From contig JAHJCZ010000028.1 in the NCBI GenBank assembly GCA_018812705.1, positions 11,092-75,091 on the forward strand: 64,000 nt of DNA. The letters run 5' to 3'. Within the stretch, counting starts at the first letter, position 1, and each line of letters begins with the position of its first letter. A program made the position numbers and the translations under genes. This DNA is from Candidatus Omnitrophota bacterium. Its GTDB lineage: Bacteria; Omnitrophota; Gorgyraeia; Zapsychrales; Zapsychraceae. The notes under the pieces were generated by a model. The model made no database searches and was not told the origin of the DNA. It worked only from the letters and a program-made list of their open reading frames with translations. This document shows, in pieces, positions 19,217 through 29,572 of this stretch.

Positions 19217-20725
19217 TTATTCTTTTGGTAATTCTAAACGAGGAAATAAAGCATCATGTGCCTCAAGCTTTAACCCGGATCGCAGTCCGCCCCACTGGGT
19301 ATTTGAACCTAGTGCATTTAATACTTCCAGCACATCTTTTGTCTTAGATGGCATAATCGGCATCAATTGTACGGCAGCTATCCTTAAGGCTTCAGTCGCA
19401 ACATAAAGTATCGTTCCGGCTCTCTTGACATCTTCTTTAGCAACTTTCCATGGTGCTTGATGCTCTAAATATTTGTTTGTCCTGCTTACCAATTTTAGGG
19501 TACTTGCTACTGCTGTATGGATCTCTAATTTCTCGACAGAATCTTCAGTTTCCTTCTCAACCAGGCTAACCATATCAACAATTTCCTTATCAGCATCTGT
19601 CAGCTCACCACAAACGGGAACAATTCCTTCAAAATTCTTTTTTATCAAGCCACTGACCCGATTTAGAAGATTGCCAAAATCATTTGCAAGATCATTATTG
19701 AACCTGGTTATGAATGATTCTAATGTAAAACTGCAATCTTGTCCTAAGACCATCTGCGCCATTAAATAATATCTAACCGCATCGACACCATATTCATCTA
19801 CCAGGTCCAGAGGGCTAACTACATTACCCAAAGACTTGCTCATTTTTGACTCACCGATCAACCACCAGCCGTGCGCAAAGATCTTCTTTGGCAATGGCAA
19901 GCCAAGAGAAAACAACATTGTCGTCCAATAAACAGAATGCGTTGTTAAAATATCCTTTCCAATAAGATGCAAAGAATGTGGCCACCATTTGTTGAATTTT
20001 TCATCATCAGATAAATAGCCTATAGCTGAAATATAATTGATCAATGCATCGAACCAAACATATGTAACATAATCCTTATCGAAAGTAAGCTCTATTCCCC
20101 AGTTCAAACGGTCTTTTGGCCGAGAAATACATAGATCCCCTAAGGGTTGACGCAAAAAACCTAATATTTCGTTCTTTCTTGATTCAGGACAGATAAAATC
20201 TGGATTATCATTAATATGATCGATAAGCTTCTGTTGATATTTACTCATCTTAAAAAAATAATTTTTTTCTTTAAGCTGTTTGATATCCCTAAACTCACCG
20301 GAATCCTTTTCCGTATTAGTTATAAATCTCTCTTCGGAAACAGAATACCATCCTTCATATTCATCAGAATAAATATCACCATTATCATATACCTGCTGTA
20401 ATATCTTTTGAACAACTTCCTTGTGACGAGTTTCAGTAGTTCTAATAAAATCGCTATTTTCTATGTTCAGCTTCTTCCATAGCTGGATGAATCTAGGCGC
20501 GAGGTCATCACAATGTTCTTGTGGGGCCATTCCTCTTTTTTCTGCTGCTTGCTGAACTTTTTGACCATGCTCATCTAATCCAGTCAAGAAATACGTTTCT
20601 TGACCATCAACTTTATGATATCTGGCTAATACATCCGCCAAAATCGTTGTATAAGCATGTCCGATATGCGGCTTATCATTCACATAGTAAATAGGTGTAG
20701 TCACATAGAATTTTTTATCGCTCAT
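19217..20725 (-). CDS. metG: Methionine--tRNA ligase (short monomeric form)
   Basis: TTPIYYVN, HIGH, YVWFDAL and KMSKS motifs; no C-terminal OB domain. Confidence 0.97.
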   Translation of the reverse strand: MSDKKFYVTTPIYYVNDKPHIGHAYTTILADVLARYHKVDGQETYFLTGLDEHGQKVQQAAEKRGMAPQEHCDDLAPRFIQLWKKLNIENSDFIRTTETRHKEVVQKILQQVYDNGDIYSDEYEGWYSVSEERFITNTEKDSGEFRDIKQLKEKNYFFKMSKYQQKLIDHINDNPDFICPESRKNEILGFLRQPLGDLCISRPKDRLNWGIELTFDKDYVTYVWFDALINYISAIGYLSDDEKFNKWWPHSLHLIGKDILTTHSVYWTTMLFSLGLPLPKKIFAHGWWLIGESKMSKSLGNVVSPLDLVDEYGVDAVRYYLMAQMVLGQDCSFTLESFITRFNNDLANDFGNLLNRVSGLIKKNFEGIVPVCGELTDADKEIVDMVSLVEKETEDSVEKLEIHTAVASTLKLVSRTNKYLEHQAPWKVAKEDVKRAGTILYVATEALRIAAVQLMPIMPSKTKDVLEVLNALGSNTQWGGLRSGLKLEAHDALFPRLELPKE

Positions 20726-21530
20726 TCTCTTTTTGCTTTCCTTCTTTTTGAGGATATACTTTCTTGATTATCTGACCCTCTCCCACATCGATATAAACAA
20801 TTCTTTTCAAGATATTCACATCTATTATTTTTCCTTTTCCTTCAGGGGTATCAATTTTTTCATTTATTCTCGGCAGGTTCTTTGCAGACTCTCTGTACAC
20901 ATTAAATTCATAAGCCATACAGCATTTAATACGGCCACATGACCCTGATATTCTTGAAGGGTTTAAAGGCAACCCTTGTTCTTTTGCCATCTTTATTGAT
21001 AGTGGATGGAACGAGTTCATATATGATGAACAGCAAAACTCCCTGCCACAAACACCGAAGCCACTGACGATCTTCGCTTTATCGCGAACCCCGATCTGCT
21101 TTAACTCAATTCTTACACGAAAAACTCGCGCCAGGTCTTTTACTAGATGGCGAAAATCAATACGCCCATCGGCAGTAAATGAAAATATTATCTTACTGCT
21201 ATCAAAAGTATACTCAGCTTTAACTATCTGCATGTCTAATTTACGGTCAGTGATTTTTCTTATACAAGTGCTCAAAGTATCTTTTGCCTTCATTCTATTA
21301 TTCTCGATCTGCTTTAGATCCCCTTCTGTTGCTTTTCGAAGAACTTTTCCCTTAACACTTTCATTACTTCTTTCTGGCAATCTATCAATTTTAGAAAGTA
21401 CTTTTCCAAATTCGGAACCCCTTTCTACTTCCATGATCACATAATCGCCTCTCTCGCACTCAACGCCATTAAGATCATAAAAATAAACAGGCCTATATTC
21501 TCCCAGCTGTAATTTTACCACTTTACTCAT
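20715..21530 (-). CDS. PSP1-domain protein (YaaT/RicT family)
   Basis: RIDFRHLVKDL, RIELKQIGVRD, GVCGREFCC and SGSCGRIKCC motifs; holB-yaaT synteny. Confidence 0.93.
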   Translation of the reverse strand: MSKVVKLQLGEYRPVYFYDLNGVECERGDYVIMEVERGSEFGKVLSKIDRLPERSNESVKGKVLRKATEGDLKQIENNRMKAKDTLSTCIRKITDRKLDMQIVKAEYTFDSSKIIFSFTADGRIDFRHLVKDLARVFRVRIELKQIGVRDKAKIVSGFGVCGREFCCSSYMNSFHPLSIKMAKEQGLPLNPSRISGSCGRIKCCMAYEFNVYRESAKNLPRINEKIDTPEGKGKIIDVNILKRIVYIDVGEGQIIKKVYPQKEGKQKENER

Positions 21531-22492
21531 AACATCTCCTTTATAACTGATATCGGGATCTTCAGATTTAATTTTTCCGATAATAGTTTACATGTTTTTA
21601 TTATTTCTCTATTAAGATCAACAAGCTCCTCAAAAGTAAATCTATCTGCAAAACCTTTCAAGTCCTCTTCTCGATCAATATTAATTAAATTATTCTGCTC
21701 AATATCATGCTTTATCAGCATACAATCACGGATCCAACTTAATAAAACATCAAGGAGTTCTTTTACTTTTTCCTTATCCTCAAGAATTTTCTTGATAACA
21801 TCATCATTCCAACCTTTATACAAAAACCCATCAATTATCTCATTCTTCTTTTGGAACCATTTCTTTTCCTGCAAAAGCTTCACTTTGCCAAAACAGCCTT
21901 CTGCAAAATATGCAAAATATTGTGCAGTTATTTCATCTTCATTATAGTGCTTTTTTATATGTCGGGCTAGATCCTGCTGAGTTGCAGACAAAAACCTTAC
22001 CATATGACATCTTGATTTTATTGTATCTAGATTCTTTTCCGGAACAGAAGTTGTTAAAATTAAGAGGCTGTCCCCCGCCGGCTCTTCAAGGGTTTTTAAT
22101 AATGCGTTCGAACCTTCTAAAGTAATGTTCTCAACATTCTTTATTATAAAGATCTTTTTTTGTGCCATGAACGGCCTTAATTTCACCTGCGTTAAAAGTT
22201 CTCTAATTTGCTCAATTTTTATCTGCTCGCCAAAATCACTATTAATAAAATGAATATCAGGATGGCATGAAGAATCAATCTTTTTACATGAAGAACACTG
22301 ACCACAAAATAACTGCTCTCCTGCAGGTTCACCTTCACAACAAAACATCTTTGCTATCGTCAGGGCAGTCTCAGTTTTTCCAATATGTGCAGAACCAACG
22401 AACAAGTAAGCATGCGCCAAACGTTTGGTGCTCTCGAGATTTTTAAATCTCTCTACAATGGAATAGTTGACTTGTATATCTTTCGTTATCAC
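21527..22492 (-). CDS. holB: DNA polymerase III subunit delta'
   Basis: AHAYLF, zinc motif CGQCSSC, HPD, NALLKTLEEP and TIKSRC. Confidence 0.95.
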   Translation of the reverse strand: MITKDIQVNYSIVERFKNLESTKRLAHAYLFVGSAHIGKTETALTIAKMFCCEGEPAGEQLFCGQCSSCKKIDSSCHPDIHFINSDFGEQIKIEQIRELLTQVKLRPFMAQKKIFIIKNVENITLEGSNALLKTLEEPAGDSLLILTTSVPEKNLDTIKSRCHMVRFLSATQQDLARHIKKHYNEDEITAQYFAYFAEGCFGKVKLLQEKKWFQKKNEIIDGFLYKGWNDDVIKKILEDKEKVKELLDVLLSWIRDCMLIKHDIEQNNLINIDREEDLKGFADRFTFEELVDLNREIIKTCKLLSEKLNLKIPISVIKEML

Positions 22493-22500
22493 ATAAACCT

Positions 22501-23118
22501 TTATATTTTCAGTAATTTATCAACATGCTGTTTTACAATTGCCTGGATATCTTCAATGCTCTTATTTACAGTTATTAACCGGATCCTTTTTGATTCCTTT
22601 TTAGCTAATTCTAAATAACCTTTTCTTACCCTTTTATGATAAGCAATCGTTCTTTGCTCAATGCGGTCCTTTATCCTACTAGTACGAGACAGACCTTTTG
22701 CTGTATCAATATCAAATATTATCGTTAGATCAGGCTTTATCGAATTAGTAGCAAAATCCCCGATTTTTTTTATTTTATCAACATCAACACCATTTCCATA
22801 TCCCTGATAAGCTATCGTAGAATCAAGAAATCGATCACAGAGAACGATCTTTCCTTGCCTCAAAGCTGGAAGGATCACTTCCTTAACTAACTGTGCACGT
22901 GCAGCCATGTAAAGAAGCGTCTCGCACTCATCTGACATATTTGTATTCTTAACATCCAATAAAATATCCCTTATCTTTTCACTTATCTTTACACCCCCAG
23001 GCTCTCTAACAAAAAGAATCTGTTTTTTGTTCGCTTTTAAATGCTTGCACGTCAATTCTATTTGCGTACTTTTCCCGGAACCTTCTGACCCTTCAAAAGT
23101 AATGAATTTGCCCTTCAT
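22501..23118 (-). CDS. tmk: Thymidylate kinase
   Basis: FITFEGSEGSGKST, REPGG and DRFLDSTIAYQG motifs. Start 23118 gives an ATGA overlap with cysS. Confidence 0.96.
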   Translation of the reverse strand: MKGKFITFEGSEGSGKSTQIELTCKHLKANKKQILFVREPGGVKISEKIRDILLDVKNTNMSDECETLLYMAARAQLVKEVILPALRQGKIVLCDRFLDSTIAYQGYGNGVDVDKIKKIGDFATNSIKPDLTIIFDIDTAKGLSRTSRIKDRIEQRTIAYHKRVRKGYLELAKKESKRIRLITVNKSIEDIQAIVKQHVDKLLKI

Positions 23119-24488
23119 GCTCTTCTCCATGTATGTCCATCCTTGCCGTCTTCAACAATAATACCAATATCTTTTAACTTGTCCCGAATATCATCAGATC
23201 TTTTATAATCCTTTTGTGCTCTTGCATTAATTCTTTCATCAATGAGCATTTGTTCTGCATCAGTTAATCCTTGGGCTTGATCATCATTAAGGGAGAGACC
23301 AAAAGTATTCTGACAAAGCTCAACAATTACCTTAGCAGCGTCAACATACATCTGTTCATAAGATGACTTATTAACCTCTGTTATCATTTCGAAAATAACG
23401 CCCAAAGCTTTTGGCGTATTAAAATCATCATCCATAGTTCCAATAAATCTATTTCTATAATCTTCAATAACCGCGTCAATAGAGCTAACTGTAACGTGGT
23501 CAGTTTTTGCGCTTGCCTCTGACAAGAATATTTTTATCTTCTGTATCTTTTTATGCGATTCTTCAATGTTCTTATCAGAAAAATCTATTTCACTGGAATA
23601 ATGAGAAGACAAGAAAAACATCTTAATATCATCAACACCATATTTCTCTAAAGCCTCTTCTACAGTAATAAAATTCCCTAATGACTTCGCCATTTTTTGG
23701 CCATCTATTTTCAATAATCCATGATGTATCCAATATTTTGCAAATGGTTTTCCTGTCAAAGCTTCGCTTTGAGCAATTTCATTTTCATGATGAGGAAAAA
23801 CAAGATCTCTGCCTCCTGCATGAATATCTAAAGTATCACACCCAAGCTCTTTCATGCTCATAACAGAACATTCAATATGCCACCCAGGCCGCCCTTCTCC
23901 CCAAGGACTTGGCCAAGAAGGCTCTCCCTCTTTAGATCTCTTCCAAAGAACAAAATCCAGGGGATCTTTCTTTTTAGAATCTGCTTCTATTCTGACGCCC
24001 TCAAGCATTTTCTCAATACTTTGACCCGACAACTTGCCATAATTCTCAAATTTACGAACCTTAAAATAAACATCACCATCTGATTCATAGGCAAAGCCTT
24101 TATCGATCAAAGTTTGAATATGAGTCTTCATGCCATCTATGTTATGAGTTGCTCTAGGTTCAATATCCGCTTTATCGACTTTAAGCATTTCAAGGTCATT
24201 CTCATAAAGAGAAATATTTTCCTCTACGACATCTTCAAATTTTTTCCCTAATTGATTGGCTTTAGCAATGATCTTATCGTCAACATCTGTAATGTTCCGA
24301 ACAAAGGTCACATCAAATCCGGAATTCTTCAAATGCCTTCTGATCACGTCAAATATGTATAAACTTCTAGCATGCCCAATATGGCACTTGTCATAAACAG
24401 TCACTACGCAAGAATACATATTTACTTTATTGCCATTTATTGGCACAAACTCTTCTTTTTCTCTCGTTAATGAATTATATATCTTCAA
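23115..24488 (-). CDS. cysS: Cysteine--tRNA ligase
   Basis: HIGH, NITDVDDKII, GRPGWHIECS, FPHHENE, KMAKS and DDFNTP motifs. Confidence 0.97.
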   Translation of the reverse strand: MKIYNSLTREKEEFVPINGNKVNMYSCVVTVYDKCHIGHARSLYIFDVIRRHLKNSGFDVTFVRNITDVDDKIIAKANQLGKKFEDVVEENISLYENDLEMLKVDKADIEPRATHNIDGMKTHIQTLIDKGFAYESDGDVYFKVRKFENYGKLSGQSIEKMLEGVRIEADSKKKDPLDFVLWKRSKEGEPSWPSPWGEGRPGWHIECSVMSMKELGCDTLDIHAGGRDLVFPHHENEIAQSEALTGKPFAKYWIHHGLLKIDGQKMAKSLGNFITVEEALEKYGVDDIKMFFLSSHYSSEIDFSDKNIEESHKKIQKIKIFLSEASAKTDHVTVSSIDAVIEDYRNRFIGTMDDDFNTPKALGVIFEMITEVNKSSYEQMYVDAAKVIVELCQNTFGLSLNDDQAQGLTDAEQMLIDERINARAQKDYKRSDDIRDKLKDIGIIVEDGKDGHTWRRA

Positions 24489-24490
24489 GT

Positions 24491-25192
24491 CTACTTACCC
24501 CCATCCTTACCCTTTAGCTTGCTTTCAAGTGAATCAATTCTCTCTTGCAATTCTTCCATTTTTTGCATGACCGGGTCCAGAACGTGTATATGATCCATCA
24601 TTTTATCTATTTTCTTTCCATCTTGCTTTGTAACTTTCCCAGGAACACCTACAACTGTTGTGTTTTCAGGTACTGATTGAAGCACTACAGCGTTAGCGCC
24701 TACATAAGAATTTGACCCAATAGTTATATTGCCTAGTATCTTTGCTCCTGCACCAACAACAATATTATCTCCCAATGTAGGATGCCTTTTCCCCGTCTCT
24801 TTACCAGTCCCTCCTAAAGTTACACCCTGAAACAAAGTGACATTTTCTCCAATTATTGATGTTTCTCCAATAACAACACCCATACCATGATCAACAAAAC
24901 AGCCTCTGCCAATTTGTGCTGCAGGATGAATTTCTATCCCAGTAAAAAACCTAGCGACCTTTGATATTATGTCTGGGATAATAGGGATTTTTTTCTTAAA
25001 TAAACCATGCGCTATCCTATATGCAATAATGGCATGAAGACCAGGATACAACAGGACAATCTCTATAAAACTTTTTGCAGCAGGATCTTTTTCTTTAGAT
25101 GATTCAATCTCTTGTTTAAAAAATATTGTTACCAAAAGCACAAAACCTGCAATGGCCAGAACAATGATCATTAATAGATTTAATATTCCCAT
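24491..25192 (-). CDS. cysE: Serine O-acetyltransferase with N-terminal transmembrane segment
   Basis: KDPAA, YPGLHA, GIEIHP, DHGMGVVIGET and GGTGKETGKRHP motifs. Start ATG 25192 follows RBS GAGGAG. Confidence 0.93.
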   Translation of the reverse strand: MGILNLLMIIVLAIAGFVLLVTIFFKQEIESSKEKDPAAKSFIEIVLLYPGLHAIIAYRIAHGLFKKKIPIIPDIISKVARFFTGIEIHPAAQIGRGCFVDHGMGVVIGETSIIGENVTLFQGVTLGGTGKETGKRHPTLGDNIVVGAGAKILGNITIGSNSYVGANAVVLQSVPENTTVVGVPGKVTKQDGKKIDKMMDHIHVLDPVMQKMEELQERIDSLESKLKGKDGGK

Positions 25193-25227
25193 AATCTCCT
25201 CACAATCCTTAAAATTAAAAAATACTG

Positions 25228-25722
25228 TTACATTTTTTTGATCAATAAAACTGTTGCAAAGGCAGCAATACCTTCGCAATTTCCTATTGGTCCTAACTTC
25301 TCAAGAGTGGTTGCTTTTATATTTACACGTTCTTCATCAACTGCTAATTCATAAGCTATATGAAATCTCATCTGAGATTTGTATTGTTTTAAATTTGGCT
25401 CTTGAGCTTGAATGATCGTATCTACATTGCTGATAACATACCCTTCTTCCGTAACAAGATCGCTCACTTTTTTTAACAACTGCATGCTTGAGATATCTTT
25501 ATATTTTTCATCAGTATCAGGGAAGTGTTCCCCAATATCACCTTTGCCGATTGCACCTAATAAAGCATCCGAAATCGCATGAAGCAAAACATCTGCATCA
25601 GAATGACCAAGCAATCCTTTTGAATATGGTATCTCTACACCACCAATAATAAGTTTTCTTCCCGGAACCAAACGGTGAACATCATACCCAATACCAATTC
25701 TCTGTTGAATATTATTTTCCAT
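25228..25722 (-). CDS. ispF: 2-C-methyl-D-erythritol 2,4-cyclodiphosphate synthase
   Basis: GIGYDVH, GHSDADV, GDIGEHFP and KATT motifs. Confidence 0.97.
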   Translation of the reverse strand: MENNIQQRIGIGYDVHRLVPGRKLIIGGVEIPYSKGLLGHSDADVLLHAISDALLGAIGKGDIGEHFPDTDEKYKDISSMQLLKKVSDLVTEEGYVISNVDTIIQAQEPNLKQYKSQMRFHIAYELAVDEERVNIKATTLEKLGPIGNCEGIAAFATVLLIKKM

Positions 25723-25733
25723 ATTAGATAACC

Positions 25734-26417
25734 TTAATTACAAATTTGTTTTAAAAATGCTTCTGCAACGACAATATCTTCTTTAGTAGTCACTTTGATG
25801 TTCCTATAATCCCCTTTTAATATTTTCACTTTCACTCCGATCTGTTCAACTAAGAACGCATCATCTGTAGGCGCATCAGAAATATTTTGCTCGTGTGCTT
25901 TGACAAGTATCTCTTTCTTGAAAACCTGAGGGGTCTGCACTTCCCAAAGTTCATTTCTATTCAAAGTCTCTTCAACGAACAGATCCTCACCAACTCTTTT
26001 GATCGTTGGCTTAACTTCAACGGCAACAATGACCGCATCATGTTCATTTGTTAATTCAATCGACCTATCAACTATATCGACAGTAATTAACGGCCTTGCT
26101 CCATCATGAACAAGCACAATATCTGTGTCTTCATCTATCTCCTGCAAGCCATTATTAACTGATACAAATCTTGTATCTCCGCCAACAACTATCTTCTTAA
26201 CTTTCTTGATACCATATTGCTCAATTATCTCTTTAAAATTTTCAATAAACTTCTCTTGAGTGACAACTACTACGCTATCTATTAAAGAGCTGCTTTCAAA
26301 AGCTTTTAAAGAATAAACAAAGATCGGAATATTGCAAATAGAAAGAAGGGCCTTTGGCCCACTAGCCTTCAATCTGGTCCCAAATCCTGCTATTGCAAGT
26401 ATTGCTTGTGTTTTCAT
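25734..26417 (-). CDS. ispD: 2-C-methyl-D-erythritol 4-phosphate cytidylyltransferase
   Basis: AGFGTRL, VHDGARP, QTPQVF, TDD and NIKVTT motifs. Confidence 0.96.
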   Translation of the reverse strand: MKTQAILAIAGFGTRLKASGPKALLSICNIPIFVYSLKAFESSSLIDSVVVVTQEKFIENFKEIIEQYGIKKVKKIVVGGDTRFVSVNNGLQEIDEDTDIVLVHDGARPLITVDIVDRSIELTNEHDAVIVAVEVKPTIKRVGEDLFVEETLNRNELWEVQTPQVFKKEILVKAHEQNISDAPTDDAFLVEQIGVKVKILKGDYRNIKVTTKEDIVVAEAFLKQICN

Positions 26418-27418
26418 TGATGATTATTTTCACTTTCATCATAAGCTAGTTTCGCAAAAACCATTTTTCCAGCCTGATTTTGCAAGACAGAGGTGATCAT
26501 AACCTTAACGGTTTTACCTATAAGGTGCTTAGCTCCGCCGACAACTATCATTGTTCCATCATCAAGATAAGCCAAGGCCTGGTCAGACTCTTTGCCTTCT
26601 TTTACAAGCTTAATTTCAACTTTCTCTCCCACAAAAATCACAAACTTCATGGCATTAAAAAGCTCATGAACATTAAGAATATCTACATTTTGCAAAGCCG
26701 CAACTTGACTTAAATTAAAATCAGTCGTACAAACCTTTGCATCGATCAATTTTGCAAGTCTAACCAATTCAGTATCAACATCATCTTTGATGGCTAGCTC
26801 ATCTTCGCGGATCCTAATATCTATCTTTGGGTCCTTTTGCATGGAATTAAGCAGCTCAATGCCTCTTCTGCCTTTTTGCCTTTTCAGGTCATCCTGCGAA
26901 TCAGCCAATTTTTGCAATTCCTTCAAAACAAATTCCGGGACAATTAACCTTCCCGGAACAAATTTTGTTTTGTATATTTCAAAAATTCTGCCATCAATGA
27001 TAGCACTTGTATCCACAAGAACATTCTCTTCCCGGACATCCTGCCTTCTAAATCGAACATAAGGAATTATAATATTAAATTCATCCTTACCCCTTAAAGC
27101 AATAACAGCTCCTAGATATGAAAAGACTATTGTTAATATTACTCTTGATGTTGATTGAACAAAATCACCCAAATGCAATAAAGCAAGTATGTCAGATATA
27201 AGCTTAGCCATTACAATACCCAGCAAAAGGCCAAAGACCATGCTGGACAATCCTCTAACAGAGACCTTGTGCAATCTTCTTTCTAAAAATATCAAAACAA
27301 GCCCGCTCAAAAGACCGAGCTCCAAACCTAGAATGTTAGATTCAAGTATTGACCCAATATAAAAACCAACGATCCCGCTTAAGATAAAAAAGAAGACGCG
27401 TATGAACAACAATGTCAT
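26414..27418 (-). CDS. Membrane PIN/TRAM domain protein (YacL family)
   Basis: Four TM segments, PIN motif VDTSAIIDGRI and TTDFNL, C-terminal TRAM region YLDDGTMIVV; radA-yacL-ispD synteny. Confidence 0.93.
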   Translation of the reverse strand: MTLLFIRVFFFILSGIVGFYIGSILESNILGLELGLLSGLVLIFLERRLHKVSVRGLSSMVFGLLLGIVMAKLISDILALLHLGDFVQSTSRVILTIVFSYLGAVIALRGKDEFNIIIPYVRFRRQDVREENVLVDTSAIIDGRIFEIYKTKFVPGRLIVPEFVLKELQKLADSQDDLKRQKGRRGIELLNSMQKDPKIDIRIREDELAIKDDVDTELVRLAKLIDAKVCTTDFNLSQVAALQNVDILNVHELFNAMKFVIFVGEKVEIKLVKEGKESDQALAYLDDGTMIVVGGAKHLIGKTVKVMITSVLQNQAGKMVFAKLAYDESENNHQ

Positions 27419-27439
27419 TGTTACCCCCAGTTTAAAGTG

Positions 27440-28807
27440 TTACTTAGATAAATAATTTAGAGCTTCTTTTACAGTTTCTACAGGTATTATTTCGATCTTG
27501 AAAGATTTTAATTCCTCTTGAGACTTAAGATTATTCTTCGGAATTATACATTTCTTAAAGCCAAGCTTTTGAGCTTCATTGACCCGGGAAACAACCTGAC
27601 TAACACTTCTTACTTCTGATGACAACCCCACCTCGCCAAAAACAACTGTATCACTTGCAACAGGTTTATCTAAAAGCGCGGAAGCAATCGCAATAGAAAC
27701 GGCCAGATCTGCAGCTGGATCGATCACTCTTACCCCTCCTACCACATTCAAAAAAACATCCTTGTCCCCCAAGTTCATACCCAATCTTTTATCTAGAACA
27801 GCGATCAACAACGCCAGACGATTCGCATCAAATCCTTGAGCCTTTTGCCTAACAACACCAAAAGTAGATCTGCTGACCAAGCCTTGTATTTCAACCAAGA
27901 ACGGCCTTGTTCCTTCCATGATCGGAATAACAACTGAACCAGAAGTGTTCTTGGGCCGCTCTGATAAAAAGATCTCTGAAGGATTAGGGACTTCCTTCAA
28001 ACCAAAAGATGTCATTTCAAAGACACCTATTTCATTTGTTGAACCAAATCTATTCTTTGTTGCTCTAAGAACTCTGTATGTTGAATATCTCTCTCCTTCA
28101 AAATAAAGAACAGTATCAACAATGTGCTCTAAAACTCTTGGACCAGCTAACAAACCTTCTTTAGTTACATGCCCAATAATAAACAGGGAAATTCCTTTTG
28201 TCTTAGCAATATGGGTAAGTATCGCAGCGCATTCTCTAACTTGGCTTACACTTCCAGGAGTCGATGTCAATTCTGAGTGAGAAACAACTTGTATCGAATC
28301 AACTACAACGACATCCGGGCCCAGATCCTCAATATGTTTAATAATTGTTTTAAGATCGACCTGATTAACGATATATAGCGAATCATTATCCTTATTGCTC
28401 AAGCGATTCGCACGCATCATCGTTTGCTTTACAGATTCCTCGCCGCTAACATAAAGGACCTTTATACCTTTTTTGCCTAAAGAGCACCCGATTTGAAGAG
28501 ATAATGTAGATTTTCCTATCCCTGGATCTCCGCCTATTAACGTAACAGACCCTAAAACGATCCCGCCGCCTATAACTGAATCAAATTCTGCAATATCTGT
28601 TAATAATCTATTCTCATCTTTAATTAATACATCTGCTAAAAGAACAGGCTCATCTTTATAAACAACACTTCCCCGCTTACTTGCATCAACGGGCGTATTA
28701 TTTTCTTCAACGAATGTATTCCAGCCATCACAATTTGAACATTTCCCGATCCATCTTGGCGACTGTGTTCCGCATTCTTGGCAAACAAATATTGTTTTAG
28801 TTTTCAT
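27440..28807 (-). CDS. radA: DNA repair protein RadA/Sms
   Basis: C4 zinc finger, GGDPGIGKSTL, KNRFG and a Lon-like C-terminus. Confidence 0.98.
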   Translation of the reverse strand: MKTKTIFVCQECGTQSPRWIGKCSNCDGWNTFVEENNTPVDASKRGSVVYKDEPVLLADVLIKDENRLLTDIAEFDSVIGGGIVLGSVTLIGGDPGIGKSTLSLQIGCSLGKKGIKVLYVSGEESVKQTMMRANRLSNKDNDSLYIVNQVDLKTIIKHIEDLGPDVVVVDSIQVVSHSELTSTPGSVSQVRECAAILTHIAKTKGISLFIIGHVTKEGLLAGPRVLEHIVDTVLYFEGERYSTYRVLRATKNRFGSTNEIGVFEMTSFGLKEVPNPSEIFLSERPKNTSGSVVIPIMEGTRPFLVEIQGLVSRSTFGVVRQKAQGFDANRLALLIAVLDKRLGMNLGDKDVFLNVVGGVRVIDPAADLAVSIAIASALLDKPVASDTVVFGEVGLSSEVRSVSQVVSRVNEAQKLGFKKCIIPKNNLKSQEELKSFKIEIIPVETVKEALNYLSK

Positions 28808-28815
28808 TTTAATAT

Positions 28816-29538
28816 TTACTCTTTTATTTTTTTCCTCTTAGGCCTATGCAAAAGCTTCCATGGATTAGCTTTTAGATCAGCACTTAAACTCTCCAGATTT
28901 TCATAAATGTCATCATCATACAACAGCCGGCCGACAGTACCGCTTCCACCCTTTACATCAGCAATGATCTCATCCAAACTTAAGGTAATTGAAGACAAGC
29001 TCTTTAATGCCAGTTCAACAGATTCAAGATTCGTTTCATTTTGAATTAATTTGTTCACTCCGTCAGCAGTATGCTCAAGTTTATCTGCAACCTTCATAAC
29101 TCTTTCAGACATAGCTTCCTGGGAAATAGGATCCTTACCTTTGAGCACTTGCCCTTCTTTTAAAAAGTTGACCCTGTCTTTTCCCGGCAAGATCTCAATA
29201 TATTTTTCGCCCATTAATCCTAGCTGGTTGATCAGAACGATCGAATCACCTGGTATCATTGATCCCTTTTTGATCCATAAAGAAATATCAACCTTTGTCT
29301 TTCCATCTGCATCATCAAAGAACAGCTTTATTTCTTTTACAATACCCTCATCAACACCAGCGATCCTTACAGGTGCATTCTTTTTCAAACCATTCGCGAA
29401 CTCAAAAACTACTTTTATCAGTTGTCCTCCTTCAAAAACTGTCGTATCAGATACCGAAAAAACAAAAAATGTCAGTCCCAGAAATGCAATAAGAACGAAC
29501 AATCCAACTTTAAAAGCAAGTTTTGATTCCCTAGGCAT
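28816..29538 (-). CDS. mlaD: MCE/MlaD family protein with helical C-terminal extension
   Basis: N-terminal TM, GLKKNAPVRIAGV, GLMGEKYIEI, GTVGRLL and NPWKLL motifs; start ATG 29538. Confidence 0.9.
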   Translation of the reverse strand: MPRESKLAFKVGLFVLIAFLGLTFFVFSVSDTTVFEGGQLIKVVFEFANGLKKNAPVRIAGVDEGIVKEIKLFFDDADGKTKVDISLWIKKGSMIPGDSIVLINQLGLMGEKYIEILPGKDRVNFLKEGQVLKGKDPISQEAMSERVMKVADKLEHTADGVNKLIQNETNLESVELALKSLSSITLSLDEIIADVKGGSGTVGRLLYDDDIYENLESLSADLKANPWKLLHRPKRKKIKE

Positions 29539-29572
29539 AATGGTGTCCCCCAAAGTTAAAGTATTCTAATTT

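Noticed and set aside
29543-29551. Solo GGGGGACAC upstream of mlaD matching the palindrome arm
   Set aside because: There is no partner arm, and its position fits a ribosome-binding site for ATG 29538.
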